Shown here one piece after another: positions 1-8,525 of a stretch of 64,000 nt of DNA. The notes under the pieces were generated by a model, which made no database searches, had not been told where the DNA came from, and saw only the letters and a list, made by a program, of their open reading frames with translations. A program made the position numbers and the translations under genes. Source of the stretch: an uncultured Candidatus Saccharibacteria bacterium (GTDB lineage: Bacteria > Patescibacteriota > Minisyncoccia > Phycocordibacterales > DATGWK01); contig CAYHIR010000002.1 in NCBI GenBank assembly GCA_964356815.1, positions 7,418 to 71,417 on the forward strand, read 5' to 3'. Each line of letters opens with the position of its first letter. The first letter of the stretch is position 1.

Positions 1-657
1 CACGGCAAGGCGGAAATAAATGAAAATGTTACATACGCGGTGAGCGAAGATCCGATTGAGTCGATGTTTTTCTTGGCGGTCGCGGCGGTGACGAAATCTC
101 GCATCATTATTCGCCGCTGTCCGATAGAATTTTTGGAACTCGAACTTTTACGGCTGTCGAAAATGAATTTCAAATATAAAATCCTCGAGCGTTACGAAGC
201 AAAAAACGGCCGCACGAAACTCGTCGACATCGAAACGTTTCCGTCGAAGCTCGTCGCGCTCAAAGATAAAATCGAGTCGCGTCCATATCCTGGCTTAAAT
301 ATCGACAATTTGCCTTTTTTCGCCGTCATCGCCACGCAAGCCAAAGGCACCACCTTTATCCACGATTGGGTTTACGAAAAACGCGCCATTCATTATAAAG
401 AGCTCGACAAACTCGGCGCCGACACTCTGCTCGCCGATCCTCACCGTATTTATATAACCGGTCCGACAAAGCTCAAAGCTGCGGAAGTCATTTGCCCGCC
501 CGCACTTCGCCCGGCCGCCATCATTCTCATCGGCATGCTCGCGGCACCCGGCCGTTCTGTGCTTCGAAATATTTACAGCATCAACCGCGGTTATGAAGAC
601 ATCGTGAAGCGACTCGCCGCAATTGGCGCGGATGTAAAAATTGTTGAGGATTTATAA
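1..657 (+). CDS. murA: UDP-N-acetylglucosamine 1-carboxyvinyltransferase (MurA), C-terminal part; gene continues upstream of window
   Basis: Open frame from nt 1 with no stop. The C-terminal RGYEDIVKRLAAIGADVKIVED and HRIYITGP motifs are typical of the MurA/EPT-fold C-terminus. Confidence 0.55.
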   Translation, partial: HGKAEINENVTYAVSEDPIESMFFLAVAAVTKSRIIIRRCPIEFLELELLRLSKMNFKYKILERYEAKNGRTKLVDIETFPSKLVALKDKIESRPYPGLNIDNLPFFAVIATQAKGTTFIHDWVYEKRAIHYKELDKLGADTLLADPHRIYITGPTKLKAAEVICPPALRPAAIILIGMLAAPGRSVLRNIYSINRGYEDIVKRLAAIGADVKIVEDL

Positions 658-693
658 ACGCCGCGGCGAACTGGCGAAAATTTCGCGAAAAAT

Positions 694-2643
694 ATGAAAG
701 TCATTGAAGTCATCCCAATAGCTCGCGGTATTGGTAAGGAAACGCTCACCTATTTCACGAGCAGTCAGCCAAAAATCGGCTCGATAATTCCGGCCGTTCT
801 TCGTGGCAAAAAAATTCGCGGCGTAGTGATTTCGTCTGAAGACGCGAGCGCACGCCGAGCTGAGCTCCGCGACTCGCCTTTTGTGATTAAAAAAGCGGGC
901 GATGAAAAAAGTTTAAAACAATTTTTCCTGCCAGAATTTTTAACCGCGGCGAGCGATACAGCCAAATATTTTGCCGGGACAGTGGGCGGCGCGCTCCATC
1001 TGCTCGTGCCGAAAATAATTTTAGACAATATTGATGAACTCGACGGCGCAGACACGGGCGCGGATTCCGGCGGTGATGACGCGGTGGAAGACAGCGGTGC
1101 AAAAAACAGTGCGAAAACCGCTGGCAAAACCACCTCGCACCACGTCCTCATTCTCCAAGCCGAAGATAGCGAAAGAATTGCCAATTACAAAAGCATTGTG
1201 CGCGAAGAATTTGCTCGCGGAAGATCGGTTTTTATTTGCGCACCAACGACCGCCGACGCCATTCGCATTAAAAGTCATCTCGATCGCGGCATTGAAGACT
1301 ACTCACACATTTTTCATGGTCAACTTCGCAAAAAAAATCTCATCGAGGCGTGGAATAAAGCGCTAGATCACAAACATCCGATGCTCATTGTGGCCACGGG
1401 CTCGTTTCTCTGTTTGCCGAGACGCGACATAGGCACGATTTTGGTGGAGCGAGAATGCTCGCGTGGTTATAAAATGCAGACGCGGCCATTTATCGATGTG
1501 CGAATGTTTGTGGAAATTTTGGCCAAGAAAATAAATGCCCGGCTCATTTATGGCGACACACTGCTTCGCACGGAAACTATTTGGCGTTACAAACAAGACG
1601 AAATTCACGAGCTATCGCCACTTGCATTTCGTTCCACCACTTCTGCCCGTCAACAAATTATTGACGCACGCACCAGCGCCACCGATCGCACGATTCGTGT
1701 AGACACGCTTTCGCACACACTGGCCGACATTATTGAAAAAAGTAATGAACGGAACGAGCACACATTTCTTTTTGCCGCTCGGCGTGGCCTCTCCCCGCTC
1801 ACACTCTGCCAAGATTGTGGCTCGATTGTGAGTTGCAAAAATTGTCGCGCGCCGATTGTCCTTCATTCAAAGTCTACCGAGCGATTTTTTCTCTGTCATC
1901 ATTGTGGCGAACGCAGAAGCGCGGAAGAAAAATGTAAAAATTGCACGAGTTGGCGGCTCCGATCTTTCGGCGTAGGCATTGAGCTTGTGGCTGACGAAAT
2001 AAAGTCGCGTTTCCCCGATGTAAATTTATTCCGCATAGATTCAGATACCGTAAAAACAAATGCGCGTGCAACGGCGATTGCCAAAAAATTTAAAGAAAAA
2101 CCGGGTGCAGTGCTCCTCGGCACCGAAATGGCCATTGGCTATCTCGATATGCCGATAGAAAATACGGCTGTCGTGTCGCTAGACTCAATGTTTAGCATTC
2201 CCGATTTTCGAATCAATGAAAAAATTCTTTCCACACTTTTGAAACTGCGCGGCCTCGCCACAAAGCAATTTCTCATCCAAACCCGCGATCCAAAAAATCG
2301 TCTTTTCGAATATGCGCTCGCGGGCAATCTTCTCGATTTTTACAAAGAAGAACTCACCGAGCGCGAACGCTTCGATTATCCGCCGCTCGTTGTGCTAATA
2401 AAAATTAGTTTCACTGGCACGCCAAAACAAGTGAAAGACGAAATGGAAAAACTCAAAAATATTTTCGCCAATTACGCCGCCGAAAATTATCAAGCTTCCA
2501 CGCCCGCCCGCCGCGGCGCCTACACCGAGCATCTGCTCATCAAAATCGGTCGCACACGCTGGATCGACGAAGAACTTTTGCACCTGCTCAAATCTCTGCC
2601 GCCGCAATTTACGATTGAAGTGGAACCGGAGAGTGTTATGTAG
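694..2643 (+). CDS. priA: primosomal protein N' (PriA)-like helicase with degenerate ATPase motifs
   Basis: N-terminal 3'-DNA-binding-like domain, then the PriA Cys-rich zinc region CQDCGSIVSCKNCRAPIVLHSKS...CHHCG...CKNC. No canonical GxxxxGKT Walker A; only a degenerate SAKTAGKTT. Confidence 0.65.
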   Translation: MKVIEVIPIARGIGKETLTYFTSSQPKIGSIIPAVLRGKKIRGVVISSEDASARRAELRDSPFVIKKAGDEKSLKQFFLPEFLTAASDTAKYFAGTVGGALHLLVPKIILDNIDELDGADTGADSGGDDAVEDSGAKNSAKTAGKTTSHHVLILQAEDSERIANYKSIVREEFARGRSVFICAPTTADAIRIKSHLDRGIEDYSHIFHGQLRKKNLIEAWNKALDHKHPMLIVATGSFLCLPRRDIGTILVERECSRGYKMQTRPFIDVRMFVEILAKKINARLIYGDTLLRTETIWRYKQDEIHELSPLAFRSTTSARQQIIDARTSATDRTIRVDTLSHTLADIIEKSNERNEHTFLFAARRGLSPLTLCQDCGSIVSCKNCRAPIVLHSKSTERFFLCHHCGERRSAEEKCKNCTSWRLRSFGVGIELVADEIKSRFPDVNLFRIDSDTVKTNARATAIAKKFKEKPGAVLLGTEMAIGYLDMPIENTAVVSLDSMFSIPDFRINEKILSTLLKLRGLATKQFLIQTRDPKNRLFEYALAGNLLDFYKEELTERERFDYPPLVVLIKISFTGTPKQVKDEMEKLKNIFANYAAENYQASTPARRGAYTEHLLIKIGRTRWIDEELLHLLKSLPPQFTIEVEPESVM

Positions 2644-2696
2644 CGCGGCAAAATTTCGCCGCGCAAAAAAAGAACCCCGCAATCCATGCGGGGCCT
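2643..2696. terminator. two adjacent hairpins between convergent genes (bidirectional terminator region)
   Basis: GCGCGGC-aaaatttc-GCCGCGC followed by an A-run, then CCCCGCA-atcca-TGCGGGG. On the minus strand the second hairpin is followed by a T-run. Confidence 0.5.
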
Positions 2697-2718
2697 TGAG
2701 TGGTGCCAACCACTCCGA

Positions 2719-3288
2719 TCAGAGAACGGGCAAAGCTTGGGGATGAAAAACCTTGAGGCCGGCCTCGAACCATCGAGTACGCGGATCGCCGCGTGAGTTC
2801 TTTTCGGGACCGCCGTCTGTAAGAAAAGCATCGATATGCCAATTTCCCTCAGAAAGCGAAACCGTCACACCCCACAGTTGATCATGTCCGTCGAGCAGAT
2901 AGAACAAACCTCCGCCCCAATCACCTCGTCCGCGATTCGACTCAGTGATCAAATAGCAAATGTGCACAAGTTCGCAGTTGATGAAGCACTCATCTGGTTT
3001 TCCCAGCGTGTCACCGGCCACCGCATACAAAATCTCGTAGTCAGCCGCTCCTCTGGTAAGAATACTGCAGTTAAGCAACACTTCGTCCATGATTCCCTGC
3101 AAAACCCCAGATCGATGGAAAGCCAGCTCTTTGAAATTGTCTCCTAGAATGAATGGTCTTTGACCCCACCCATTTCGGGCGAAAAAATCTACAACATTTA
3201 CCATCCTGAGAGATGGACGCAGACTGATCCGACTGGAACTCTCGAGTAGCGGCAACGGCCGCTCGTTTTGAACGACCTCGGTGCTCAT
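2719..3288 (-). CDS. hypothetical protein (GC-rich cassette gene, Cys/His-containing; possible hydrolase)
   Basis: 190-aa ORF with strong SD (AAAGGAG 6 nt before ATG). Putative TTGACA-N17-TAAATA promoter at 3320-3348 and a terminator downstream. GC is well above neighbours. No family recognised. Confidence 0.5.
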   Translation of the reverse strand: MSTEVVQNERPLPLLESSSRISLRPSLRMVNVVDFFARNGWGQRPFILGDNFKELAFHRSGVLQGIMDEVLLNCSILTRGAADYEILYAVAGDTLGKPDECFINCELVHICYLITESNRGRGDWGGGLFYLLDGHDQLWGVTVSLSEGNWHIDAFLTDGGPEKNSRGDPRTRWFEAGLKVFHPQALPVL

Positions 3289-3377
3289 GATGACTCCTTT
3301 CTGTTTTCGTTCTGTCCAATATTTAATCACAAACCGCCACATTGTCAAATATGCCGAAAATGTGTCATAATGAACAA

Positions 3378-3953
3378 ATGTCAGACAAAATGGTCGAGAT
3401 TCTCCAAAAAGACGCGCCTGAGCTTCGTCTCGTGGCCGAGCCGGTCGCTCTTGCCGACATCAAATCGCCAAAAATCGCGGCGATTATTTCGCACATGAAA
3501 AAAGCCCTTCTCGAACAAGACGACGGCGTAGCTATCGCCGCACCACAGATTGGCGAGAGTTTGCGTATTTTTATCGTCGCCAGTCGCGCTTTAAAAATGA
3601 TTGCTGAAGATGAAGGACTTATTGCCCATGATGACACTGGTGGTCTCAATAACACCGACGCAAAATTTTCCGATTTAATTTTCATCAATCCCGAAATAAT
3701 TAAAGCCTCAAAAAAAACGGAATGGATGGAAGAGGGCTGTTTGAGCGTGCGTTATCTTTACGGCAAAGTGAAACGCTCACCGAAGGTGACTGTGAAAGCC
3801 CACGATGAAAACGGCAAAATTTTCACCCGCGGCGCATCTGGCCTGCTCGCTCAAATTTTTCAACACGAAATCGACCATCTCGACGGCACACTCTTTATCG
3901 ACAAAGCCAAAAACATCAAGGAAATTTTGCCAGAAAAACCCGACGCGCTTTAA
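3378..3953 (+). CDS. def: peptide deformylase
   Basis: Carries the three PDF motifs GVAIAAPQIG, EGCLSV and QHEIDHLDG. Confidence 0.9.
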   Translation: MSDKMVEILQKDAPELRLVAEPVALADIKSPKIAAIISHMKKALLEQDDGVAIAAPQIGESLRIFIVASRALKMIAEDEGLIAHDDTGGLNNTDAKFSDLIFINPEIIKASKKTEWMEEGCLSVRYLYGKVKRSPKVTVKAHDENGKIFTRGASGLLAQIFQHEIDHLDGTLFIDKAKNIKEILPEKPDAL

Positions 3954-3972
3954 ATTTGCCGCGATTTTATAA

Positions 3973-4941
3973 ATGAAAAAAATTAATTTCACATTTCTTG
4001 GCTCTTCCCGCTTTTCGCTCATCGTTTTGGAAGCGCTCGAACGCGCAGGCTTTTTGCCAACTCTCATCATTACTGCACCAGACCAAAAGAAAGATCGTGG
4101 GCAGAAAGTTCATTCCACACTCGTAAAAGATTGGGCCGAGGCGCGAAAAATTCCTGTTGAGACTCCGCTCACGCTCAAAAATAATTCTGAAATCGCGGAA
4201 AAACTCGCCGCGGTCAGCACAGCCGACGGAACAAAGCCGCAAGTTTTCGTTACTGCTTCATACGGCAAAATTATTCCCAAAAATATTTTAGACATTCCGA
4301 AACATGGCACATTAAATGTGCACCCCTCCCTTTTGCCAAAATTTCGCGGCCCAAGCCCACTCGAAACTTCGATTCTCGAACTCGGCACAGAAAAAAACGT
4401 TGATAAAAATTTGCCGCGCGGTGCCGACCAAAATCCTGTCACACCCACCGGCGTCACAATCATGCTTACAGATGAAGATATCGACCACGGACCGATCGTT
4501 GCTCAAATAGAAGTTCCGATAGATGGTTGGCCGCCTGTACCGCCATATACAGAACAACTCGAAACAATTCTCGCGCGTGCGGGTGGCAATTTGCTCGCTG
4601 AAATTTTGCCGAAATGGATTGCGGGTGAAATAAAACCGAAGCCGCAAAAACATTCCGAAGCAACATTTACAAAAAAGTTTGAAAAAGCCGACGGACTCGT
4701 TGATCTTTCCGACGACGCCGCAATGAACCTCCGCAAAATCCGCGCTCTTCACCGTTCGCCTGGGACGTATTTCTTTGTTAAGAAGTCCGACGAGAAAATC
4801 GCGGCTAGTGGTGGTGAAAATAATATCCGCATCCGCATAAAAAGCGCCGACATAAAAAACGGTGAATTAATGCTCGACAAAATCGTACCAGAAGGCAAAA
4901 AAGAAATGACTTTTAAAGATTTTTGGCGGGGGTTTAGGTAG
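3973..4941 (+). CDS. fmt: methionyl-tRNA formyltransferase
   Basis: Formyltransferase N-domain with the HPSLLPKFRG motif and a C-terminal Fmt domain. Conserved def-fmt adjacency. Confidence 0.85.
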   Translation: MKKINFTFLGSSRFSLIVLEALERAGFLPTLIITAPDQKKDRGQKVHSTLVKDWAEARKIPVETPLTLKNNSEIAEKLAAVSTADGTKPQVFVTASYGKIIPKNILDIPKHGTLNVHPSLLPKFRGPSPLETSILELGTEKNVDKNLPRGADQNPVTPTGVTIMLTDEDIDHGPIVAQIEVPIDGWPPVPPYTEQLETILARAGGNLLAEILPKWIAGEIKPKPQKHSEATFTKKFEKADGLVDLSDDAAMNLRKIRALHRSPGTYFFVKKSDEKIAASGGENNIRIRIKSADIKNGELMLDKIVPEGKKEMTFKDFWRGFR

Positions 4942-4942
4942 C

Positions 4943-4971
4943 TTGACAGATTTATAAAATCGTGCTAGCAT
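4943..4971 (+). promoter_or_regulatory. sigma70-like promoter TTGACA-N17-TAGCAT
   Basis: Consensus -35 box with 17-nt spacing, upstream of the SD-bearing ORF at 5008. Confidence 0.45.
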
Positions 4972-5007
4972 TGAGACAGCCTGAATAGATAGAAAGGAGC
5001 CGCAAAA

Positions 5008-5370
5008 ATGTGCACGGCAATACTGTCCACGGCCGATTTGCCCGCATACAACGTCGTATGCCGGACATGTAATCATGTCTTTTCACCGGCCCGCAAAAGT
5101 TCTTTGTGGTGGAGAGCGGCGAAGTGCGCCGAAGGAGGTCGACTCAATGCGATGATGATCAGCGGAGAAGAATGCGGATGCGTCAGCACACCCGTCGAAC
5201 CAAATGCTCCCTTCAGACTTTTCGGGTACGATGACCTGTGCAGGCCATTCGACATACCGCTCGCCAGATTCATCGATGCAGTGAGGGGGTTCAAGAAACT
5301 GGAACGTACGGGATGCACGGTCTTCATTTCCGGAATTTCCAAGGAGGTCAGAGACCGAATAGGTGCGTGA
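5008..5370 (+). CDS. hypothetical Cys-rich small protein (GC-rich cassette gene)
   Basis: 120-aa ORF with SD AAAGGAG 8 nt upstream and a TTGACA promoter. About 55% GC. An overlapping minus-strand ORF (5083-5493) has no SD, so strand choice is uncertain. Confidence 0.4.
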   Translation: MCTAILSTADLPAYNVVCRTCNHVFSPARKSSLWWRAAKCAEGGRLNAMMISGEECGCVSTPVEPNAPFRLFGYDDLCRPFDIPLARFIDAVRGFKKLERTGCTVFISGISKEVRDRIGA

Positions 5371-5470
5371 AAACAACCCGCCGTCGACAAAGAGAACCAA
5401 TCTCCATGTCGAGGGCGGTTTTCTTTTTGTAAAATAAACAGTATCTACAAATTTTTGATATGATTTGTAA

Positions 5471-5752
5471 ATGACAACAATCGGAATTATCACCGTTATT
5501 TTATCTCTAACAGTAACAGGCCTAGGTTTAACCTCTCAGGTTAGAAAGAATAGGAAAAGAAAAAGCATGGAGGGATTGTCTTTTTTCTACTTTTCAATTC
5601 TTGCCATATCTTATTCTTTTTGGGTTTTGTATGGAATCGTTTTAAGAGACTGGATTCTTATCATTCCAATGTCCATAGGAGCAATTATGTCTTGGGTTAT
5701 GGTGGTCCAATTTTTTATTTACAAAAATTCAAAAATCTCAATTCAATCCTAA
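5471..5752 (+). CDS. small integral membrane protein (3 predicted TM; SemiSWEET/LAB-N-like size)
   Basis: 93-aa hydrophobic ORF with three hydrophobic segments. No SD, like host genes. Confidence 0.4.
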   Translation: MTTIGIITVILSLTVTGLGLTSQVRKNRKRKSMEGLSFFYFSILAISYSFWVLYGIVLRDWILIIPMSIGAIMSWVMVVQFFIYKNSKISIQS

Positions 5753-6252
5753 TCCCGCCTCTTCTTCCTCCAGTTCAACTTTTTCAATTGTTTGTAGCCG
5801 ATTTCAAAACCACTGCCGATACCGCTACCAACACTACCGATTCCACTTCCGATACCGCTACTAATTCCACTGCCGATGCCCCAAATGCCGCTACCAGCGC
5901 TTCGCAAGATATTTTTCACAGCCGCACCACCGCGGCGAAGCATGGTGATTTGTTTGGTTTTGTAATTTGAAAGTTCGCGCGCCATTTCGTCTTTGGCATC
6001 GTCGATTGAAGAATTTGGCGTTGTGTCTTCGGCCACAGCGCGAAATTGTTTGCCGTCCATGCGAATGTTAATTTCGGTTCGAAAAATGTCACCCGATTTG
6101 TGATGATTGGAAGTGCGCCCAATTTCTACTTCGCACAGCGTGCTCGTGTCGGTAGGGTCAATAAATTTATCAAGCATATCGATCTTCTTCTGAAGATAAT
6201 CCGCGACCTCGTCGCTCACATTCATATTTGTGCCCTTGATGTGAAATTTCAT
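5749..6252 (-). CDS. hpf: ribosome hibernation promoting factor (HPF/RaiA family) with C-terminal Gly-Ser-Ile repeat tail
   Basis: MKFHIKGTNMNVSDEVADYLQKKIDMLDKF...VEIGRTSNHHKSGDIFRTEINIRMDG matches the YfiA/HPF fold. C-terminal GSGIWGIGSGISSGIGSGIGSVGSGIGSG is encoded by a DNA tandem repeat at 5790-5900. Confidence 0.8.
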   Translation of the reverse strand: MKFHIKGTNMNVSDEVADYLQKKIDMLDKFIDPTDTSTLCEVEIGRTSNHHKSGDIFRTEINIRMDGKQFRAVAEDTTPNSSIDDAKDEMARELSNYKTKQITMLRRGGAAVKNILRSAGSGIWGIGSGISSGIGSGIGSVGSGIGSGFEIGYKQLKKLNWRKKRRD

Positions 6253-6433
6253 GCTTGTGTGATATTTATTAACTGATAATCGATGACTACATTCTAACAG
6301 ATTTTGCACGGATTTAAAAAAGTGGAGGAGGTTAATATTTTGCTTTTTTTGTAAACTGTGTTATTATCCTTTTAGAGCATGGGGGTTGGAAGTTCCAACA
6401 CTCAACCTTGTTTTTTACAGAAGGAGGTCTACT

Positions 6434-6952
6434 GTGCGCATGAATGAGGTTTGTCATCGGATGAATGACGAGAAACTGGATTTCCAAACATTTCTCATCG
6501 GCTGTCTTAGCCACGGTAAGCCTTTCCAAGATGAAGATACATCTGAGATGCTGGCTGTTCTCGAGCGTGATTGGGCACTTAAACAAAAACAATCTCTCGA
6601 GCAGGCTGAGCATGGTGCGCTCTTCGAAATGGCCGTTGAAGAGCTCGAGCAAAAGAAGACCCGGATCAAACGGAGGGTTGATTTGTTTGAAAAGACAATC
6701 AATGACTCGGGCTTGCTGACTGGTGGAAGCATCTTCACAAACGCAATCGAATGTCTAAGGGGCATTCATGGTGTGCAGGGGTTGAAGATAAGTTCAATCG
6801 GGTTCGATTCCGAAAAGTATAGACAACTAAAACTCGAGGAGCTGAAGAAGTTCCTCGGAAAAAGGTGTCGTACTCTTGAAGATGTCTGGCCCCACAGTGA
6901 CGGACCTCGTCAATTTGCTCGCGTGGTATACGAACTGGCACGCACAATCTAG
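6434..6952 (+). CDS. hypothetical protein (GC-rich cassette gene)
   Basis: SD AGAAGGAGG 6 nt before GTG at 6434 (ATG at 6440 is an alternative start). An extended -10 sits upstream and a weak hairpin plus T-run at about 6970-7010. No recognisable family. Confidence 0.45.
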   Translation: MRMNEVCHRMNDEKLDFQTFLIGCLSHGKPFQDEDTSEMLAVLERDWALKQKQSLEQAEHGALFEMAVEELEQKKTRIKRRVDLFEKTINDSGLLTGGSIFTNAIECLRGIHGVQGLKISSIGFDSEKYRQLKLEELKKFLGKRCRTLEDVWPHSDGPRQFARVVYELARTI

Positions 6953-7067
6953 CCAAGAGAAAAGAGAAACTAGCCCACGTGGTCAAACACGGAGGGCTTT
7001 TTTATTAAAGATTTTCAACTTCATCCTGTTCTGCTATACTGCCCATGGTTCTTTCTAGAAACAACAT

Positions 7068-7376
7068 TCCGCGATAGCTCAGCTGGTAGAGCGAGCGACT
7101 GTGAACAAAATCGCAGCTTCCCGAAGTAATTCGGGTTGAAAAACGAGGTTAATTGCTGGAAGCCCACCCGATCGAAAGATCGCGGGTAATCAGCAGCCGA
7201 GCCTGTCATTCGACAGGAAGGTTCAGAGACTATCCCTAACGGGAGTACTTGGCCGAAAGGTCTAGGAAACACCTCGCGCCCCATTTATTGGGGCGATGAT
7301 ATAGTCCATCCCTTTAAGAAATTTTAGGATCGATGTAATCGCTTGGTCGCAGGTTCGAGTCCTGCTCGCGGAGCCA
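7068..7376 (+). tRNA. tRNA-Asn (anticodon GUU) interrupted in the anticodon loop by a group I intron
   Basis: 5' half 7068-7102: acceptor TCCGCGA, D-arm GCTC/AGCTGGTA/GAGC, anticodon stem AGCGA, loop CTGT. 3' half 7336-7376: TAA, TCGCT, variable TGGTC, T-arm GCAGG/TTCGAGT/CCTGC, acceptor TCGCGGA, discriminator G, CCA. The spliced anticodon loop is CUGUUAA. Confidence 0.75.
7103..7335 (+). ncRNA. group I self-splicing intron (233 nt, no ORF)
   Basis: R element GTTCAGAGACTA (7221-7232) and S element GATATAGTCC (7298-7307) form P7. The 5' exon ends in U and can pair with intron GCAG (7113-7116) as P1. The terminal nucleotide is G (omega-G) at 7335. Confidence 0.7.
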
Positions 7377-7380
7377 AAAC

Positions 7381-7409
7381 TTGACTTTTCTATGAAAACC
7401 TGCTATCAT
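7381..7409 (+). promoter_or_regulatory. sigma70-like promoter TTGACT-N17-TATCAT
   Basis: Consensus spacing, immediately downstream of the tRNA and upstream of the ORF at 7479. Confidence 0.5.
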
Positions 7410-7478
7410 GGTAGTAGCGTTTTCCAGTACCTTGTAACCCCGGGTTTAAACAAACCCATAAGAACCAAAGGAGTAGCC

Positions 7479-7775
7479 ATGAATATCTCACTCACGGATC
7501 CAAAAACTCTCGTGATCAATGGAGAAGATACTGAGGTCGGAGAAGTCGCACGCGCTGTGGCAATCTTGATGGAAGAAGGAAAGATTCCAAAAGGTTGCAC
7601 ACTGAAGTATGGCGGGTTCTCCGGCAGTGGCGTTGCCCTGTGTGTAGCACTTTGCAACGTGGTCCGTGATTTTTTTGTGGTGTTCCCAGTTTGCGCTGAA
7701 CAACAGCCCGATGGGAAGTACCTCGTTCAGGCAAGTTTCGACCCTACCGTGAAAACCGGTGCGATCATTGACTAA
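7479..7775 (+). CDS. hypothetical small protein (GC-rich cassette gene)
   Basis: 98-aa ORF with SD AAAGGAG 5 nt before ATG. Good promoter upstream and a long hairpin terminator downstream. Confidence 0.45.
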   Translation: MNISLTDPKTLVINGEDTEVGEVARAVAILMEEGKIPKGCTLKYGGFSGSGVALCVALCNVVRDFFVVFPVCAEQQPDGKYLVQASFDPTVKTGAIID

Positions 7776-7776
7776 C

Positions 7777-7833
7777 CCCACCATCAACACAAAGAACGGA
7801 AAGCCCGTCACAAGTGTTGAGGTGGGTTTTCTG
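7777..7833 (+). terminator. rho-independent terminator
   Basis: CCCACCATCAACAC...GTGTTGAGGTGGG long stem followed by TTTTCTGTT. Confidence 0.6.
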
Positions 7834-7868
7834 TTATACAAATTATTTCAATTTGATATCGTTAAAGT

Positions 7869-8330
7869 ATGACCACAATAAACCCTTGGATTAACTTCAA
7901 CGGCAATGCTGAAGAAGCATTTACATTTTACAAATCAGTTTTTGGCGGTGAGTTTACAAAAATTATACGTTTCAAAGACCTGGCGAGCGCTGAATTCAAA
8001 GTTGCAGAAAAGGAGGAAAATAAAATTATGCATATTGCTTTGCCTATCGGTAACGGCGCAAAGTTAATTGCAAATGATGTCCCAGAATTTATGGGAAAAG
8101 TTAACGAAAACGAAAACAGGAGTAAAATTTCGATAAACACAGAAAGCAAAGAAGAAGCGGATAGATTATTTAATGGTCTTTCTGCTGGAGGAACAGTAGA
8201 AGGGCCTATGGGTGATAGTCCTTGGGGAACATACGCTGGTATGTTTAGGGATAAATACGGTATTGAGTGGATAATTGAATTTTCTACCGATGCCCACACC
8301 CAGCCCAACAGCAATAAATCGATAAAATGA
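7869..8330 (+). CDS. VOC-family (PhnB/glyoxalase-like) protein
   Basis: N-terminal INPWINFNGNAEEAFTFYKSVFGGE is characteristic of the PhnB-like VOC / 3-demethylubiquinone methyltransferase-like family. Confidence 0.7.
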   Translation: MTTINPWINFNGNAEEAFTFYKSVFGGEFTKIIRFKDLASAEFKVAEKEENKIMHIALPIGNGAKLIANDVPEFMGKVNENENRSKISINTESKEEADRLFNGLSAGGTVEGPMGDSPWGTYAGMFRDKYGIEWIIEFSTDAHTQPNSNKSIK

Positions 8331-8494
8331 GCACCAAATCTATCATCTGGATTTTCATGTTTATTGGCTCGACAATCGGTGGCTTTATTCCGACTCTTTG
8401 GGACGCTGGTTTTCTGTCTTTCTCTTCCCTACTTCTTACGGCCGTCGGCGGTCTTTTGGGTATTTGGTTGGCGTTTAAGTTGAATCATGGGTAA
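8327..8494 (+). CDS. small membrane protein (55 aa, 2 TM)
   Basis: ATG overlaps the stop of the upstream gene (ATGA). Two hydrophobic helices. Not in the >=60-aa ORF track. Confidence 0.35.
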   Translation: MSTKSIIWIFMFIGSTIGGFIPTLWDAGFLSFSSLLLTAVGGLLGIWLAFKLNHG

Positions 8495-8525
8495 ATGAGG
8501 ACGCGCGTTGGTGTATAATTTACAC

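Noticed and set aside
5083-5493. Minus-strand 136-aa ORF as the real gene in the 5000-5400 GC-rich patch
   Set aside because: It has no SD or promoter. Its 5' third lies in AT-rich sequence overlapping the start of the 5471 gene. The plus-strand ORF has a TTGACA-N17 promoter and an AAAGGAG RBS. Strand assignment remains uncertain, with low confidence either way.
7094-7108. Reading the tRNA as an uninterrupted tRNA-His with anticodon loop CTGTGAA (GUG)
   Set aside because: The 3' strand of the anticodon stem (TCGCT) and the variable loop/T-arm are found only 233 nt downstream. Directly after CTGTGAA comes CAAAATCGCAG, which cannot pair with AGCGA. The intron-containing tRNA-Asn model explains all of the sequence.
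7103-7335. Homing endonuclease ORF inside the intron
   Set aside because: The intron is only 233 nt. The overlapping minus-strand 87-aa ORF (7021-7284) runs across the exon/intron boundary and has no start context, so it is spurious.
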